In this document: piece by piece, positions 42,030-51,595 of the stretch
How positions within the stretch are numbered: the first letter of the stretch is position 1
Layout: every line of letters starts with the position of its first letter
Source: a virus
IMG/VR virus record: IMGVR_UViG_3300005613_000030
Coordinates: 22,608 to 86,607 of that record
DNA: 64,000 nucleotides
Strand: one strand, 5' to 3'
Position numbers and translations under genes: made by a program
Notes under the pieces: generated by a model
Told to the model about the DNA's origin: nothing
The model's input: only the letters and a program-made list of their open reading frames with translations
Databases searched by the model: none

Positions 42030-42091
42030 TATCGCCTAATTATTCAGAGTGGGCTTTTATTTTTTACATAGTTATAAGGTATAATGGTTTA

Positions 42092-42478
42092 ATGAGCAAA
42101 CTAAACTTTAAACTAATCAAAGACAACGAGTTACTTAAAGAGCCTTTTAAAGCTTTTCTTCCGAAATTAAAATGGCAGAAAAAAATCCGTAAGTTAGGTA
42201 CTTTAGAAGAAGTGTTTTATATTGGTAAATATGATGGCACTAATAAAGAAGTAACTGTAAAAATACGACCATCTTTAGAGATGGTAGTTTATGAAACATA
42301 TAAATATGTTAATAAAGATACAGCCGAACAATGTGATCCTAAGAAGACACCAGCAAAAAATATAGTCAGCCATAGTGCATCGGCAGAAGTTAAAATATCG
42401 CAAGATTTTTTAGATAAGATGCTAGAAGGGATTGAAATAAATTCTCTTAACGAGAAAAAACAATGTTTGGAGTGGTAA
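42092..42478 (+). CDS. Hypothetical protein (leaderless start at 42092)
   Basis: In-frame ATG 6 nt after GGTATAAT. Confidence 0.55.
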   Translation: MSKLNFKLIKDNELLKEPFKAFLPKLKWQKKIRKLGTLEEVFYIGKYDGTNKEVTVKIRPSLEMVVYETYKYVNKDTAEQCDPKKTPAKNIVSHSASAEVKISQDFLDKMLEGIEINSLNEKKQCLEW

Positions 42479-42832
42479 ATGGCTAATTTTAGTGATTTTG
42501 ATATCGAAATTCAGGACGAAAAAGATGCTAAAGTAGAGCAAATTAATGGTTCTGTAACGACAGCTGGCAGTGCTGTAACAGTTGCTCCTTCAAGTGGATT
42601 ATTATTTAATCAAGCGCTCATAGTTAATCAACCTATTGGACCTAATGCTAATGCTTATGGAACTTATTTAACTATAACAGTAGATGATAATACAGATATA
42701 ATTACTATTAAGCGCGGTGGTCATGTTAGAATTGATGGTCGTGGTAATAATATTAAAATTGATTCCAATGTGAGTGGAGCTAAATTTGAAGTAATTTTCA
42801 CTGTTGAAGGATGTGTAGAAGATGAGCCTTAA
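42479..42832 (+). CDS. Putative virion protein (beta-sandwich)
   Basis: Composition and cluster context. Confidence 0.45.
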   Translation: MANFSDFDIEIQDEKDAKVEQINGSVTTAGSAVTVAPSSGLLFNQALIVNQPIGPNANAYGTYLTITVDDNTDIITIKRGGHVRIDGRGNNIKIDSNVSGAKFEVIFTVEGCVEDEP

Positions 42833-43358
42833 TCGTAAACATGATATTCATATTCCACCAGATGCCAAAGATGTTGAAGTAGACAATTCGGATATACCAT
42901 GCTTATCAGAAGACGCAGTTAATGTCTATGAAGCAATTAAAGAGTTATGCCAAATACAAGCACTATCTAATAGTCCTGGAATTGCTTTTGGTAGAGATGG
43001 AAATACTAGTGGTAGTACTATCAATCCTGGTTTCTTATTGAATAATCAAGTTTTTTCAAACAAGACTGGTGTACCATTTGGTTTAAATGATGGGGCATTA
43101 AAAGAAATTTGGATTGGCGTTCAAGATCCAACTGATGTAACGATTCGTTTTTATTATCATGACGGTAATGAGATTAATTTAACATCTTTAGCTACAGTGA
43201 ATTTAGTAGTTGCAGATGGTAGAAATAAAACATTTGATGTTGGTGATTTAGGGGTTATTAATATACCTAAAGATAAGCAATTAGCAGCAGCAGTAATAGG
43301 TGGCAATGGTAAAAATATAAAAGCTTTTGTTATTGTATCTGGGATTAGAGGTACTTAA
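42822..43358 (+). CDS. Putative virion/fibre-associated protein
   Basis: AKDVEVDNS...AVNVYEAIKEL fibre-type motif. Confidence 0.45.
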   Translation: MSLNRKHDIHIPPDAKDVEVDNSDIPCLSEDAVNVYEAIKELCQIQALSNSPGIAFGRDGNTSGSTINPGFLLNNQVFSNKTGVPFGLNDGALKEIWIGVQDPTDVTIRFYYHDGNEINLTSLATVNLVVADGRNKTFDVGDLGVINIPKDKQLAAAVIGGNGKNIKAFVIVSGIRGT

Positions 43359-45661
43359 TGTCAAAAAAAATTATTCTTAAGAACACTACTGTATCAGAAA
43401 TTGGTTTCAAAGAGTATTCTTTGTTTATTCCGGCTAATGGACAAATAGAAATAACTATTTCAGAATACTTAAATTTAGCTAATATAGAATCTATTAATGA
43501 AATAGCGCCATATATTGCTAATGGTACTATTGTTGTAAATAATGGCTACATTGATTTAACTAAAGAAGCTGGTCTTAATCATATTAAGGCTACATATAAA
43601 ACATCATTAGAAAGAAATTTTTATGTTAGTAGTAATGGAGATGATACATTAGCTGATGGTAGTTTATCTAATCCATTTGCTACAATTAATGCATGTATAA
43701 CTTACATTAATGCAAATTATACTTTATCTGCTTCTAATAACGCAGTTATTAGAGTTGCTGCTGGAGAATATATTTCGGATACAATAGTGCTCCCAGCCTT
43801 TTGCTCAATATGGGGGCATCATTATAGAACAAGGATATCCGCATCTAGTGGAGATATTGACTTAATTCAGTCTGCTGGTTCTCATACTATAAAAGGACTC
43901 TTATTAACAGGTGTTACTGATCCAGATAATTACCTCATTCGTATTAGTACTACCTCTGCAAAACGTGTGACTCTTCAAGATTTATCATTATCGACTTATG
44001 AAGCAAGTGGATTTGTATCCAATGGTATTTACATAACGTCTACGGTCGCTACAACAACCGTTAGAGTCAAACAATTAGATTTTAATGATATCACAGGGAA
44101 TATTATTTATTTAGATCAAAACGTTAAAGTAGCTGTTCGAGGTGCTCAAATATTCGAATGTCCTACAGCTACTTTTTTAAACGCTAATAATAATTCTGCA
44201 TATTCAGTATTTAATGTTGATATAGATAACGTAGCTATTGGTGTTATTCACAATAATACAGAACCATCAGAATCAAATAATGTTAATTTAATAGGTGCAA
44301 CTATTCCATTAAGGAAGTTAAATAACTATCCTTTAGTAGCACAAAGTAATACCATTAGTTCAACAACAGCCCAAATATCAACACTCGAAGGGGTTGTTGG
44401 ATATTGGAATGATATCGTTGAAGGGGATACATCTTTTAGAGTGGCTAACGAATTAGCAGTTGGTACTTCAAATGAAGGTAAAGAATCAGTTTTTGGTGAA
44501 GGTGATAGTTACACTATAGGTATGAATGTATATACTAGTGATGGTACAGATACACTTACAACAGAAGGAACTCTTACAGATGTCACTGTAAAAGCGTCTT
44601 CTAAAGATACAGATTACTTTGGATTTCAGAGTAATACTGCAAATCATTGCATATACGTATGTTCAGATGTACAAAATGCAGCATTTGGTTTAGTAGATTT
44701 TGCTAGAATTATGGGATTAAAAATAGACCAAATCACAGCTTGTGTTGAATCTATAGAAAAATCTATAGTTATAGAATCTTGGAATGGAAGTTCTTGGGTA
44801 GAAGGTAGTACATTTGCAAATCAGGCTTCAAGATTTTATAGATATGGAAATGATTTATTTATAAGAGCTAATAATTCAGAGCATATTAGATTTGGGTTAT
44901 CATTAATTAGAGACAATAATGTAAAAAAGACTATTATTGGTAAAGAACGATATTGGATTCGTTTGAGGATTAAAAATAATTTAACTATTGCTCCAACATT
45001 TAACAAATTTAAAATATCAAATAATCGTACTGAAATTAATGCTGATGGTACTATAACTATGCATGGATTAGCAAGGTATACAGTAGCAGTTAATTTTCAA
45101 TCTAATACATTTGGGGAAACCGGTGGAGTAACAAACTCTAATATCCCAATAGGGACTGGATCTGATTGGCCACATGATCATTGGATTCACAGTATGAAGA
45201 GTAATCAATTAAATGGACAAAATGATGCTATTTATGCAAATACAATTATACCTGAAGGTTGTTGTACAGCCTGTCCTTTTAACTTAAAAGTAAAATATAT
45301 AGTACTCAATGAAGGCGCTTCAACTAATGGAGAGATTAAAGTGTCTGCGTTTCCTGCACAGGGTTTAGGTATACCGATAGCTAATAGAAATGGAGCAATT
45401 GAACCGATAAATAGAACTGATGCTTTAACAGCATCATTAACTACAGGAGTTGCCCAAGTTAATACAATCCCTATTAATTTACAGATAACTAATAAAGTTG
45501 AGACAGCAGATACTGCTACATTTGATGTTTCTAATTATTATGAAGGGGATTTAATCTTTATACGTATTGGATTAAATGATAATGGAAGTGGTAATAAGAA
45601 AATATCTATTGTTGGTGTTGATGTAGAATATGTAAAATGGACATTAGGTATAAGGATATAA
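43358..45661 (+). CDS. Tail spike/fibre with right-handed beta-helix (pectin-lyase-like) region
   Basis: FYVSSNGDD..ADGSLSNPFATI..A and IRVAAGEY motifs; Asn/Ile/Thr-rich. Confidence 0.65.
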   Translation: MSKKIILKNTTVSEIGFKEYSLFIPANGQIEITISEYLNLANIESINEIAPYIANGTIVVNNGYIDLTKEAGLNHIKATYKTSLERNFYVSSNGDDTLADGSLSNPFATINACITYINANYTLSASNNAVIRVAAGEYISDTIVLPAFCSIWGHHYRTRISASSGDIDLIQSAGSHTIKGLLLTGVTDPDNYLIRISTTSAKRVTLQDLSLSTYEASGFVSNGIYITSTVATTTVRVKQLDFNDITGNIIYLDQNVKVAVRGAQIFECPTATFLNANNNSAYSVFNVDIDNVAIGVIHNNTEPSESNNVNLIGATIPLRKLNNYPLVAQSNTISSTTAQISTLEGVVGYWNDIVEGDTSFRVANELAVGTSNEGKESVFGEGDSYTIGMNVYTSDGTDTLTTEGTLTDVTVKASSKDTDYFGFQSNTANHCIYVCSDVQNAAFGLVDFARIMGLKIDQITACVESIEKSIVIESWNGSSWVEGSTFANQASRFYRYGNDLFIRANNSEHIRFGLSLIRDNNVKKTIIGKERYWIRLRIKNNLTIAPTFNKFKISNNRTEINADGTITMHGLARYTVAVNFQSNTFGETGGVTNSNIPIGTGSDWPHDHWIHSMKSNQLNGQNDAIYANTIIPEGCCTACPFNLKVKYIVLNEGASTNGEIKVSAFPAQGLGIPIANRNGAIEPINRTDALTASLTTGVAQVNTIPINLQITNKVETADTATFDVSNYYEGDLIFIRIGLNDNGSGNKKISIVGVDVEYVKWTLGIRI

Positions 45662-45662
45662 A

Positions 45663-46316
45663 ATGGCACGATTTGATTTATTATATGAGCAAGAGTTTAG
45701 TAATACCGATGAAATAGTAGTAACACACAATTTAACTCGATATGTTTTTAATGTCAGATTGATCATCTCAGGTGATCCTAGGTTATCTCAAAGGCAGTTA
45801 GTTCAAGATATTAGATTAGATGATACTACGCCACTTGATAAATGTATTGTTGAATTAACAGGTGTTTACACAGGTACAGTTCAAATAATAGCGGAAGACA
45901 CTATTCAATCACCATATTATACAGTGTATGAAAAGCTTTTATCTCAAAATCAAACACCTTTAGCAGGTACTGCACCTATTAAATTTGAATATGGCGGTAA
46001 AGCAAATACTGGTAGAGTATTAGAATATATTAGAAGTGATGATTCCATAGATGTAAGCTTTGTTATTATATCTGATGGGTTTTTAAAAGGGGTAACTTTT
46101 AATTCATTTGCAATTGGTACAGGGTCTATTGGAATTTATGCAAAAAGAGGCGTAGGTGCTGACGTCTTACTTCATACTGTTTCTTTTACTAATTCTAAAA
46201 AGGAAATAAATAAACCATTAAATGTATCTCTTTTAGAGAATGATGAGATTTATATAAAAATGGATAGTGGATCAGTTAATAAGCCGACTATTGTTATTTA
46301 CGTACAGACTATATAG
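45663..46316 (+). CDS. Putative virion protein
   Basis: VVTHNL motif; C-terminal beta domain resembling that of 42822..43358. Confidence 0.45.
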   Translation: MARFDLLYEQEFSNTDEIVVTHNLTRYVFNVRLIISGDPRLSQRQLVQDIRLDDTTPLDKCIVELTGVYTGTVQIIAEDTIQSPYYTVYEKLLSQNQTPLAGTAPIKFEYGGKANTGRVLEYIRSDDSIDVSFVIISDGFLKGVTFNSFAIGTGSIGIYAKRGVGADVLLHTVSFTNSKKEINKPLNVSLLENDEIYIKMDSGSVNKPTIVIYVQTI

Positions 46317-46323
46317 GATTTTT

Positions 46324-46995
46324 ATGATAGTTAAAGCAAAGAATTTAGATGTCGTCAATCAAAGTTATCCTGGTTGGGTTTTATTACCAGGGCAAGAAAT
46401 TGAATTAACTAATGCAGATATAACTAACTGGAAAGCAGCTAACAAAGTTATAGATGATATATCAAATAATATATTGCAAATAGGTGATGATACACAATAC
46501 TTTTCAACACATGCTGAGCAAATATCTCACTTGTTTCATTTAGATACTTCAGAAGTAGACGCCCATATTTTCCCATTTACTGAGAAAAAAACCAAAGAAG
46601 GAAAAAAGATATACAGAAGAAAATATGGTTTCTCAATAAGCGTTAATGCGAATACGTATTTTGAAAAGGTATTAACTGTACCATATGCAAATGTCAAAAT
46701 AAATGAATTAGAGCTATGTAATTGCTCTATTGGTGATTCTGTAGATTTATCAGTGTATGATACAATTGATGGCTTATATCAACAGTCCCTTGGTGTACCA
46801 GCCGAAAGTGTTGATACAGACTTAATGTTAAATCAATTTGGTTTTGGTGTGAGACTTCCAGAAGGTTTCTATAAAGATGTTTCTTCGTATGATGCCGATT
46901 TAATTTACGGAATGAGAATAAAACTTAATTATGTTAACAATACAAATAATAATGTAATTATATATGGTAACATTATATATCATGAGGTAAAATAA
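46324..46995 (+). CDS. Putative virion protein
   Basis: N-terminal module resembling that of 43358..45661. Confidence 0.45.
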   Translation: MIVKAKNLDVVNQSYPGWVLLPGQEIELTNADITNWKAANKVIDDISNNILQIGDDTQYFSTHAEQISHLFHLDTSEVDAHIFPFTEKKTKEGKKIYRRKYGFSISVNANTYFEKVLTVPYANVKINELELCNCSIGDSVDLSVYDTIDGLYQQSLGVPAESVDTDLMLNQFGFGVRLPEGFYKDVSSYDADLIYGMRIKLNYVNNTNNNVIIYGNIIYHEVK

Positions 46996-47582
46996 TGAAA
47001 TTTCTATGGTTTGAGTTTTTAAGAAAACTCACAACAATTATAGCAAAAATAATTACACCTATACATTCTCCATATAGTCATAAATATATAAAATATGACC
47101 ATGTTATGCGGGCAATGACTTATCTAAAATCTGGTGATATTATTTTAACTAGAACGCATGGTGATCTTTCGACAGTTGTAATACCTGGTTTTTGGAAACA
47201 CGCTGCAATATACGCAGGTGATGGTAAAATCATTGATGCTACGAGCGTTGGTGTAACAGAGCGACACTTAGCAGATTTAATGATGACAACTGATAATGTT
47301 GCAGTTTTGCGAGTTGCTAATGTCGTAGAAGATTTAAGCAAGGGCCAATTAATGGTAGATTATGCTAGATTACAGATTGGTAAAAAATATGACTTAGAAA
47401 TGCGCGTTAATCGAACTGATGCTATGTTTTGTAGCGAATTAGTATATCATGCGATTTGTCATGTATTTGGTAAAGATTACATTGAATTACGTGAAAGAAT
47501 GGGGATTAAGACTTTAACCCCCGATGATTGCTATAAAGCTCATGGTAAGTTTACTGTTTTTTTGAAGATAATTAAAGATTAA
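46995..47582 (+). CDS. Permuted papain-like NlpC/P60 amidase (YiiX/YaeF family)
   Basis: GDIIL, WKHAAIY, YD and FCSELV motifs. Confidence 0.85.
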   Translation: MKFLWFEFLRKLTTIIAKIITPIHSPYSHKYIKYDHVMRAMTYLKSGDIILTRTHGDLSTVVIPGFWKHAAIYAGDGKIIDATSVGVTERHLADLMMTTDNVAVLRVANVVEDLSKGQLMVDYARLQIGKKYDLEMRVNRTDAMFCSELVYHAICHVFGKDYIELRERMGIKTLTPDDCYKAHGKFTVFLKIIKD

Positions 47583-48055
47583 GAATCAGATAAAATAGGC
47601 TCAATACCCATTAATAAATTAGCATCAAAATCACTTGGACAATCGTCTAATTTAATCTTATAAAATTTAATTTTAACTTCTTCCATTGATATTTTTCTTA
47701 ATTTTTCTTCTCGCTTTATTTGATTGTCTAGTGTTTCTTTATACTTAAGCCTTAATGCTGATATTTCTTTCATAAAGGATTCTTGGTCTGCTATTGAGAA
47801 TCTACCGTTATCCTGTATAGGTTTGCCATTTTCATCTAATTCAGCATGTTTATGACAAATAATAATTCGCTCGTCATTAAAAGCTTTAATTTCAGGTAAC
47901 GGATTCTTTAATTCTAATATCTTATTAAGTTCAACATCTACTTTTTTCATGTTCTTAGCAATTGCATAAGCAAACTTGGTATTCTTGATATTGGATATTT
48001 TCTTCATATTGACTTTTAATTCAGCTAATTCAATTCTTTTCATGTATACCCTCAT
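47579..48055 (-). CDS. Conserved phage coiled-coil protein (possible fibre chaperone)
   Basis: KFAYAIAKN...DENGKP; has its own minus-strand GGTATAAT promoter at 48077-48084. Confidence 0.5.
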   Translation of the reverse strand: MRVYMKRIELAELKVNMKKISNIKNTKFAYAIAKNMKKVDVELNKILELKNPLPEIKAFNDERIIICHKHAELDENGKPIQDNGRFSIADQESFMKEISALRLKYKETLDNQIKREEKLRKISMEEVKIKFYKIKLDDCPSDFDANLLMGIEPILSDS

Positions 48056-48193
48056 TTTTGTTAATATATTATATTTATTATACCTATATATATATAGTTT
48101 AACTATATAATCTGATAATATTAAGGTATCTGTATTGATATTAGACCACGCAACAGAATGACACTGTTTTGCTTACTATGATAGGAGAGTATC

Positions 48194-48514
48194 GTGGAGG
48201 AATACAAAATGATTATTGAAGGATTACGCAATTTAGATCGTAAAATAGATAAAGTGCAAGATGATATAACACAGCTTAAAGTTGAAAATGCTAAACAAAC
48301 TGCATGCATTAAGCAAAATACAATTGATTTAACAGAACATAAAGAGGGTGTAATCCAAAATCGTGGACGTATTCGACAGTGTGAAAAATGTATTTCTGTT
48401 ATTAATCAGCCAATTTCGGCTAAAAAACTATTTATTAGAGTCGTTGCTGTGTTTAGTGGTATCAACGTAATGCTTGGAGCATCATACACAGTAATTAAAT
48501 ATTTTTTATTATAA
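48194..48514 (+). CDS. Coiled-coil protein with C-terminal TM helix (holin/XhlA-like)
   Basis: Heptads followed by a hydrophobic C-terminal helix. Confidence 0.45.
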   Translation: MEEYKMIIEGLRNLDRKIDKVQDDITQLKVENAKQTACIKQNTIDLTEHKEGVIQNRGRIRQCEKCISVINQPISAKKLFIRVVAVFSGINVMLGASYTVIKYFLL

Positions 48515-48563
48515 TAATTTGATGTGCCACGGTGTATCCGTGTCTTAACTATTGGAGAATGTT

Positions 48564-49172
48564 ATGCAACACAAATCAACTTTAAAGAAATCATTAAGAT
48601 CAGCTTTACGTCATAAGCAATTAGCTGATAAATTATTAGATAACATTGTTGAAATTCAAAGTAATCACAATGTTATTATGAATAAGTTAGATGCAGATAC
48701 TGGCGCTGCTTTAGATACAGACTATGCAGTTGATTTCGTATCAGAGTATGACTATGATCAATTAGGCAGTGCTCAACATAAAGCAAATCTTAGAAAATCA
48801 TTAATTAATGCTTTATCTCATAAGCGATTAGCTAATGAAATTATTGATAGTATTGAAGAATTAAGATATATTTATGAGCAATTAGTTGCAAAATTAAATG
48901 CAGAAGCTGGTACTCTAAATGATACTGACTACGCAGATACATTTGCAACTATTGCTATTGATGCAGATGTTAAAGGTCATGATGCTCAGCATAAATCATC
49001 ATTCAGAAAGTCCTTAAGATCCGCTTTAAGTCATAAAAGGCTTGCTGATGAAATAATTGATTCAATTGCTGGATTACAGGGAAATTTAAATGATGCACTT
49101 GCAGTATTAGATACTGGAACAATTAACGGTTTAATGGCTGCTTTTGTAGTTTCACCTATTAACCCAGAATAA
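48564..49172 (+). CDS. Three-repeat helical protein
   Basis: QHK..L/F.KSL..AL.HK.LA....D.I repeated three times. Confidence 0.65.
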   Translation: MQHKSTLKKSLRSALRHKQLADKLLDNIVEIQSNHNVIMNKLDADTGAALDTDYAVDFVSEYDYDQLGSAQHKANLRKSLINALSHKRLANEIIDSIEELRYIYEQLVAKLNAEAGTLNDTDYADTFATIAIDADVKGHDAQHKSSFRKSLRSALSHKRLADEIIDSIAGLQGNLNDALAVLDTGTINGLMAAFVVSPINPE

Positions 49173-49188
49173 TACCAAGGAGTAAGAA

Positions 49189-49344
49189 ATGAAACGACGA
49201 GATAATATAAAAAGATTAAAAGAACTTAAATTTGAAGTTAAAAAAGTAAAAAAAATAGAAAAGAAATCAGAATTCAAGAAAAAGAAAGAAAAGAAAATAA
49301 TTAAAGAAGAAGAAGAAGAAGTTCAAGAAGAAGTTAAAGAATAA
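49189..49344 (+). CDS. 51-aa Lys/Glu low-complexity protein (not in the ORF track)
   Basis: SD aaggag; MKRRDNIKRLKELK...EEVKE*. Confidence 0.55.
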   Translation: MKRRDNIKRLKELKFEVKKVKKIEKKSEFKKKKEKKIIKEEEEEVQEEVKE

Positions 49345-49348
49345 AATC

Positions 49349-49374
49349 AAGGGTCACGTAAGTGGCCCTTATTT
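49349..49374. terminator. Terminator at the convergence of the two gene arms
   Basis: AAGGGTCAC-GTAA-GTGGCCCTT. Confidence 0.8.
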
Positions 49375-49740
49375 ATTCAACTCTACATACGGTTCATACT
49401 TACCTTCCCCTATTAATAACCAATCAGCGTAATCAGGATCTAATTCGTATTTAGTATATCGTAAGTCGCCATTCATTAACGGTATTTCTTTTTTTGATAA
49501 GCTACCATCTTTTCTAACACGCTTTACAAAGTGTATGCCAAACTCATCTTTATATGTTACGACATATTTCCGCGGTGTTTTAGTTTTGCCAAAAGATTCT
49601 ATCGCTCTGTGATAACTATTTGAGTTAAGCACTTTTATGAGATAATCACCTACATTAAAACTATTATCACACACATATTGTAAATATGCATAGATTATTT
49701 CACCTTCGTGAGATAGTAATGTCTCTCTTTCTGCATCCAT
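49369..49740 (-). CDS. Hypothetical protein
   Basis: SD aaggagg before the ATG at 49740. Confidence 0.6.
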   Translation of the reverse strand: MDAERETLLSHEGEIIYAYLQYVCDNSFNVGDYLIKVLNSNSYHRAIESFGKTKTPRKYVVTYKDEFGIHFVKRVRKDGSLSKKEIPLMNGDLRYTKYELDPDYADWLLIGEGKYEPYVELNK

Positions 49741-49741
49741 G

Positions 49742-49906
49742 TTATTCCTCCTTTTTAGCTTGATACGCGTTTGATCCTGCAACTGCAAGTACTATTCCAG
49801 AGATAGCCATAGAAACATCAAGACCTTTTGTGTAACCTAAAAAAGTAAGAACAGATATACCAATTAATGCAATACTGCTTCGTCTACATCTTAAAATATT
49901 ATACAC
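49742..49906 (-). CDS. 54-aa two-TM membrane protein (holin-like; not in the ORF track)
   Basis: GTG after ggagg; MYNILRCRRSSIALIGISVLTFLGYTKGLDVSMAISGIVLAVAGSNAYQAKKEE. Confidence 0.55.
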   Translation of the reverse strand: MYNILRCRRSSIALIGISVLTFLGYTKGLDVSMAISGIVLAVAGSNAYQAKKEE

Positions 49907-50157
49907 TATTCCTCCGAATCAATTAAGTCATTAATATTTTGTTTATTTATAGATGATTTTTCGATTCGGTCAATAATATTATTGCCAATTATGTGGTTAT
50001 TTATTGGCTGTTTAGTTGTACGATACTTTGTTATTTTAACACGTTGCTTAATTGTTTTACCGGTTTTAGGGCATATATATTCTACGTCTTCCCAGTATTC
50101 TTTTTCAACTTCTGCTTCTATTGTGTATGATTTTGATTTTTTCTTAGGTCTTGACAT
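49906..50157 (-). CDS. Hypothetical protein
   Basis: SD gggag. Confidence 0.55.
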   Translation of the reverse strand: MSRPKKKSKSYTIEAEVEKEYWEDVEYICPKTGKTIKQRVKITKYRTTKQPINNHIIGNNIIDRIEKSSINKQNINDLIDSEE

Positions 50158-50170
50158 TAACTGCTCCCAT

Positions 50171-50779
50171 TTATATAGTGATTATCTTCTTCAATGAATT
50201 AATCGTTTTCCAATCTGCCTTTAATAATTGTTCAATAGCAAATCTATATGCTTCTACGGGTTTAGGTAGGTCTTTTTGTTTGATATATAGTAACCAATTA
50301 TGCAAAGATCCATGAACAAGTGCAGTTGTGTACATACTAACTGGCATTTGAGTTTGTGATATAGCTTTATTACAACCATCCATTGTCATTCCTTTACTAT
50401 TTAAAATTAATGCTTCGGTAGTGGTGGCCATGTATTCACTTATTTCTCTTGCTTTATCTAAATCATCACATTCAATCTCTGATATATTTGGTAAATATGC
50501 ATCTTGATTAGCGTCTGTGATTGGAATGATCTCTAAATTGAATCTAGATATATTTAAATGTACAAAAATTGGCATCTTTACAATAAATGTGGCATTAGCT
50601 ATACGTAATAATTGAATTTTAAAATCAGTGCCAAAATAAGTAGACTGTATACGCTCTAGCTCTTTACCGGTATTAGTTGATGAAATACAACTAACATGAC
50701 CTTTATCGAGTACTGGTTGTAAATTAGTTAATATATCTGATTCTTTTTTCTCTGAAAGCTTAACATTTTTTTTAGTCAT
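50171..50779 (-). CDS. Degenerate ThyX-fold protein
   Basis: VLDKGHV, ATFIVKMPIFV and MPVSMYT..HGSLHNW match the ThyX framework; the RHRx7S catalytic motif is absent. Confidence 0.6.
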   Translation of the reverse strand: MTKKNVKLSEKKESDILTNLQPVLDKGHVSCISSTNTGKELERIQSTYFGTDFKIQLLRIANATFIVKMPIFVHLNISRFNLEIIPITDANQDAYLPNISEIECDDLDKAREISEYMATTTEALILNSKGMTMDGCNKAISQTQMPVSMYTTALVHGSLHNWLLYIKQKDLPKPVEAYRFAIEQLLKADWKTINSLKKIITI

Positions 50780-50780
50780 A

Positions 50781-51113
50781 TCAATCCTTATAGCATTTAA
50801 CTATACTATAGTTACTCTCTAACGTTTGACGTTCTTGATCATAGTAACCTGACATATGTGTAATTGTGTTATCGTGCTGCGTTGATAATATTGTAATATA
50901 GCGCTTTTCTTCATTGTCGATACCTGCTATAAAAAGCTGCCATTGTGATTTAGTGTTATGATGCTGAATACAATCGCCTACACTAAAAATTGGTTGAGGA
51001 TTTAACGAGTAATATATTTTTTTATTTATTGGCGTCCAAAACATAATTAAAGCTATATTCACAATTATGAAGCTCCAAGATTTCCAACCTAATGTATTAT
51101 GTTTATTGCTCAT
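50781..51113 (-). CDS. Membrane-anchored hypothetical protein
   Basis: N-terminal TM helix; FSVGDCI. Confidence 0.5.
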   Translation of the reverse strand: MSNKHNTLGWKSWSFIIVNIALIMFWTPINKKIYYSLNPQPIFSVGDCIQHHNTKSQWQLFIAGIDNEEKRYITILSTQHDNTITHMSGYYDQERQTLESNYSIVKCYKD

Positions 51114-51115
51114 AT

Positions 51116-51595
51116 TTAATCTCCAGAGTTATCTTGTAATTGCCATTTGTTTTGTATATAAGTGGTGTATTTTTGATATATATTATCATTATCATTAATG
51201 TTCATAGTGTAATCTTTATGCCCTACAAATAAGAAATCAGCTGTTGCATTTAATTGTTGAATATTTAATCCAGCTTTTAATAAACCTATTTTACATGCAT
51301 GATCTTTATTTTGTAATGAAGAAAATACGTCACATAAATGTAACACATAAGATAAGTGGTTTTCAAAGTTATCTAAATTACTATATGTCCATTTTGTAGA
51401 AGGATGATTGATGTGACGCGTCGCTTTATATGGCGTACCAGTTTTAGTAAAAGGCTTTTGAAAACCAAATTTATCACAAGCTACAGCGATCATTTCTGTA
51501 CTTTCTAATATTTGCTTATTAGCTCGTTTAAAGTCATTATTAAAAAACCATTTAGCAGACTCATGAAAATTATTATCAAATATAAAGATATTCAT
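51116..51595 (-). CDS. Pyrimidine-dimer DNA glycosylase/endonuclease V-like protein
   Basis: MNIF...KQILES.EM...YK...HINHPSTKW. Confidence 0.65.
   Translation of the reverse strand: MNIFIFDNNFHESAKWFFNNDFKRANKQILESTEMIAVACDKFGFQKPFTKTGTPYKATRHINHPSTKWTYSNLDNFENHLSYVLHLCDVFSSLQNKDHACKIGLLKAGLNIQQLNATADFLFVGHKDYTMNINDNDNIYQKYTTYIQNKWQLQDNSGD

Noticed and set aside
49898-49906. Minus-strand GTATAAT promoter
   Set aside because: It coincides with the GTG-TAT-AAT start of a 54-aa membrane ORF that has its own SD, so it was not counted as a promoter.
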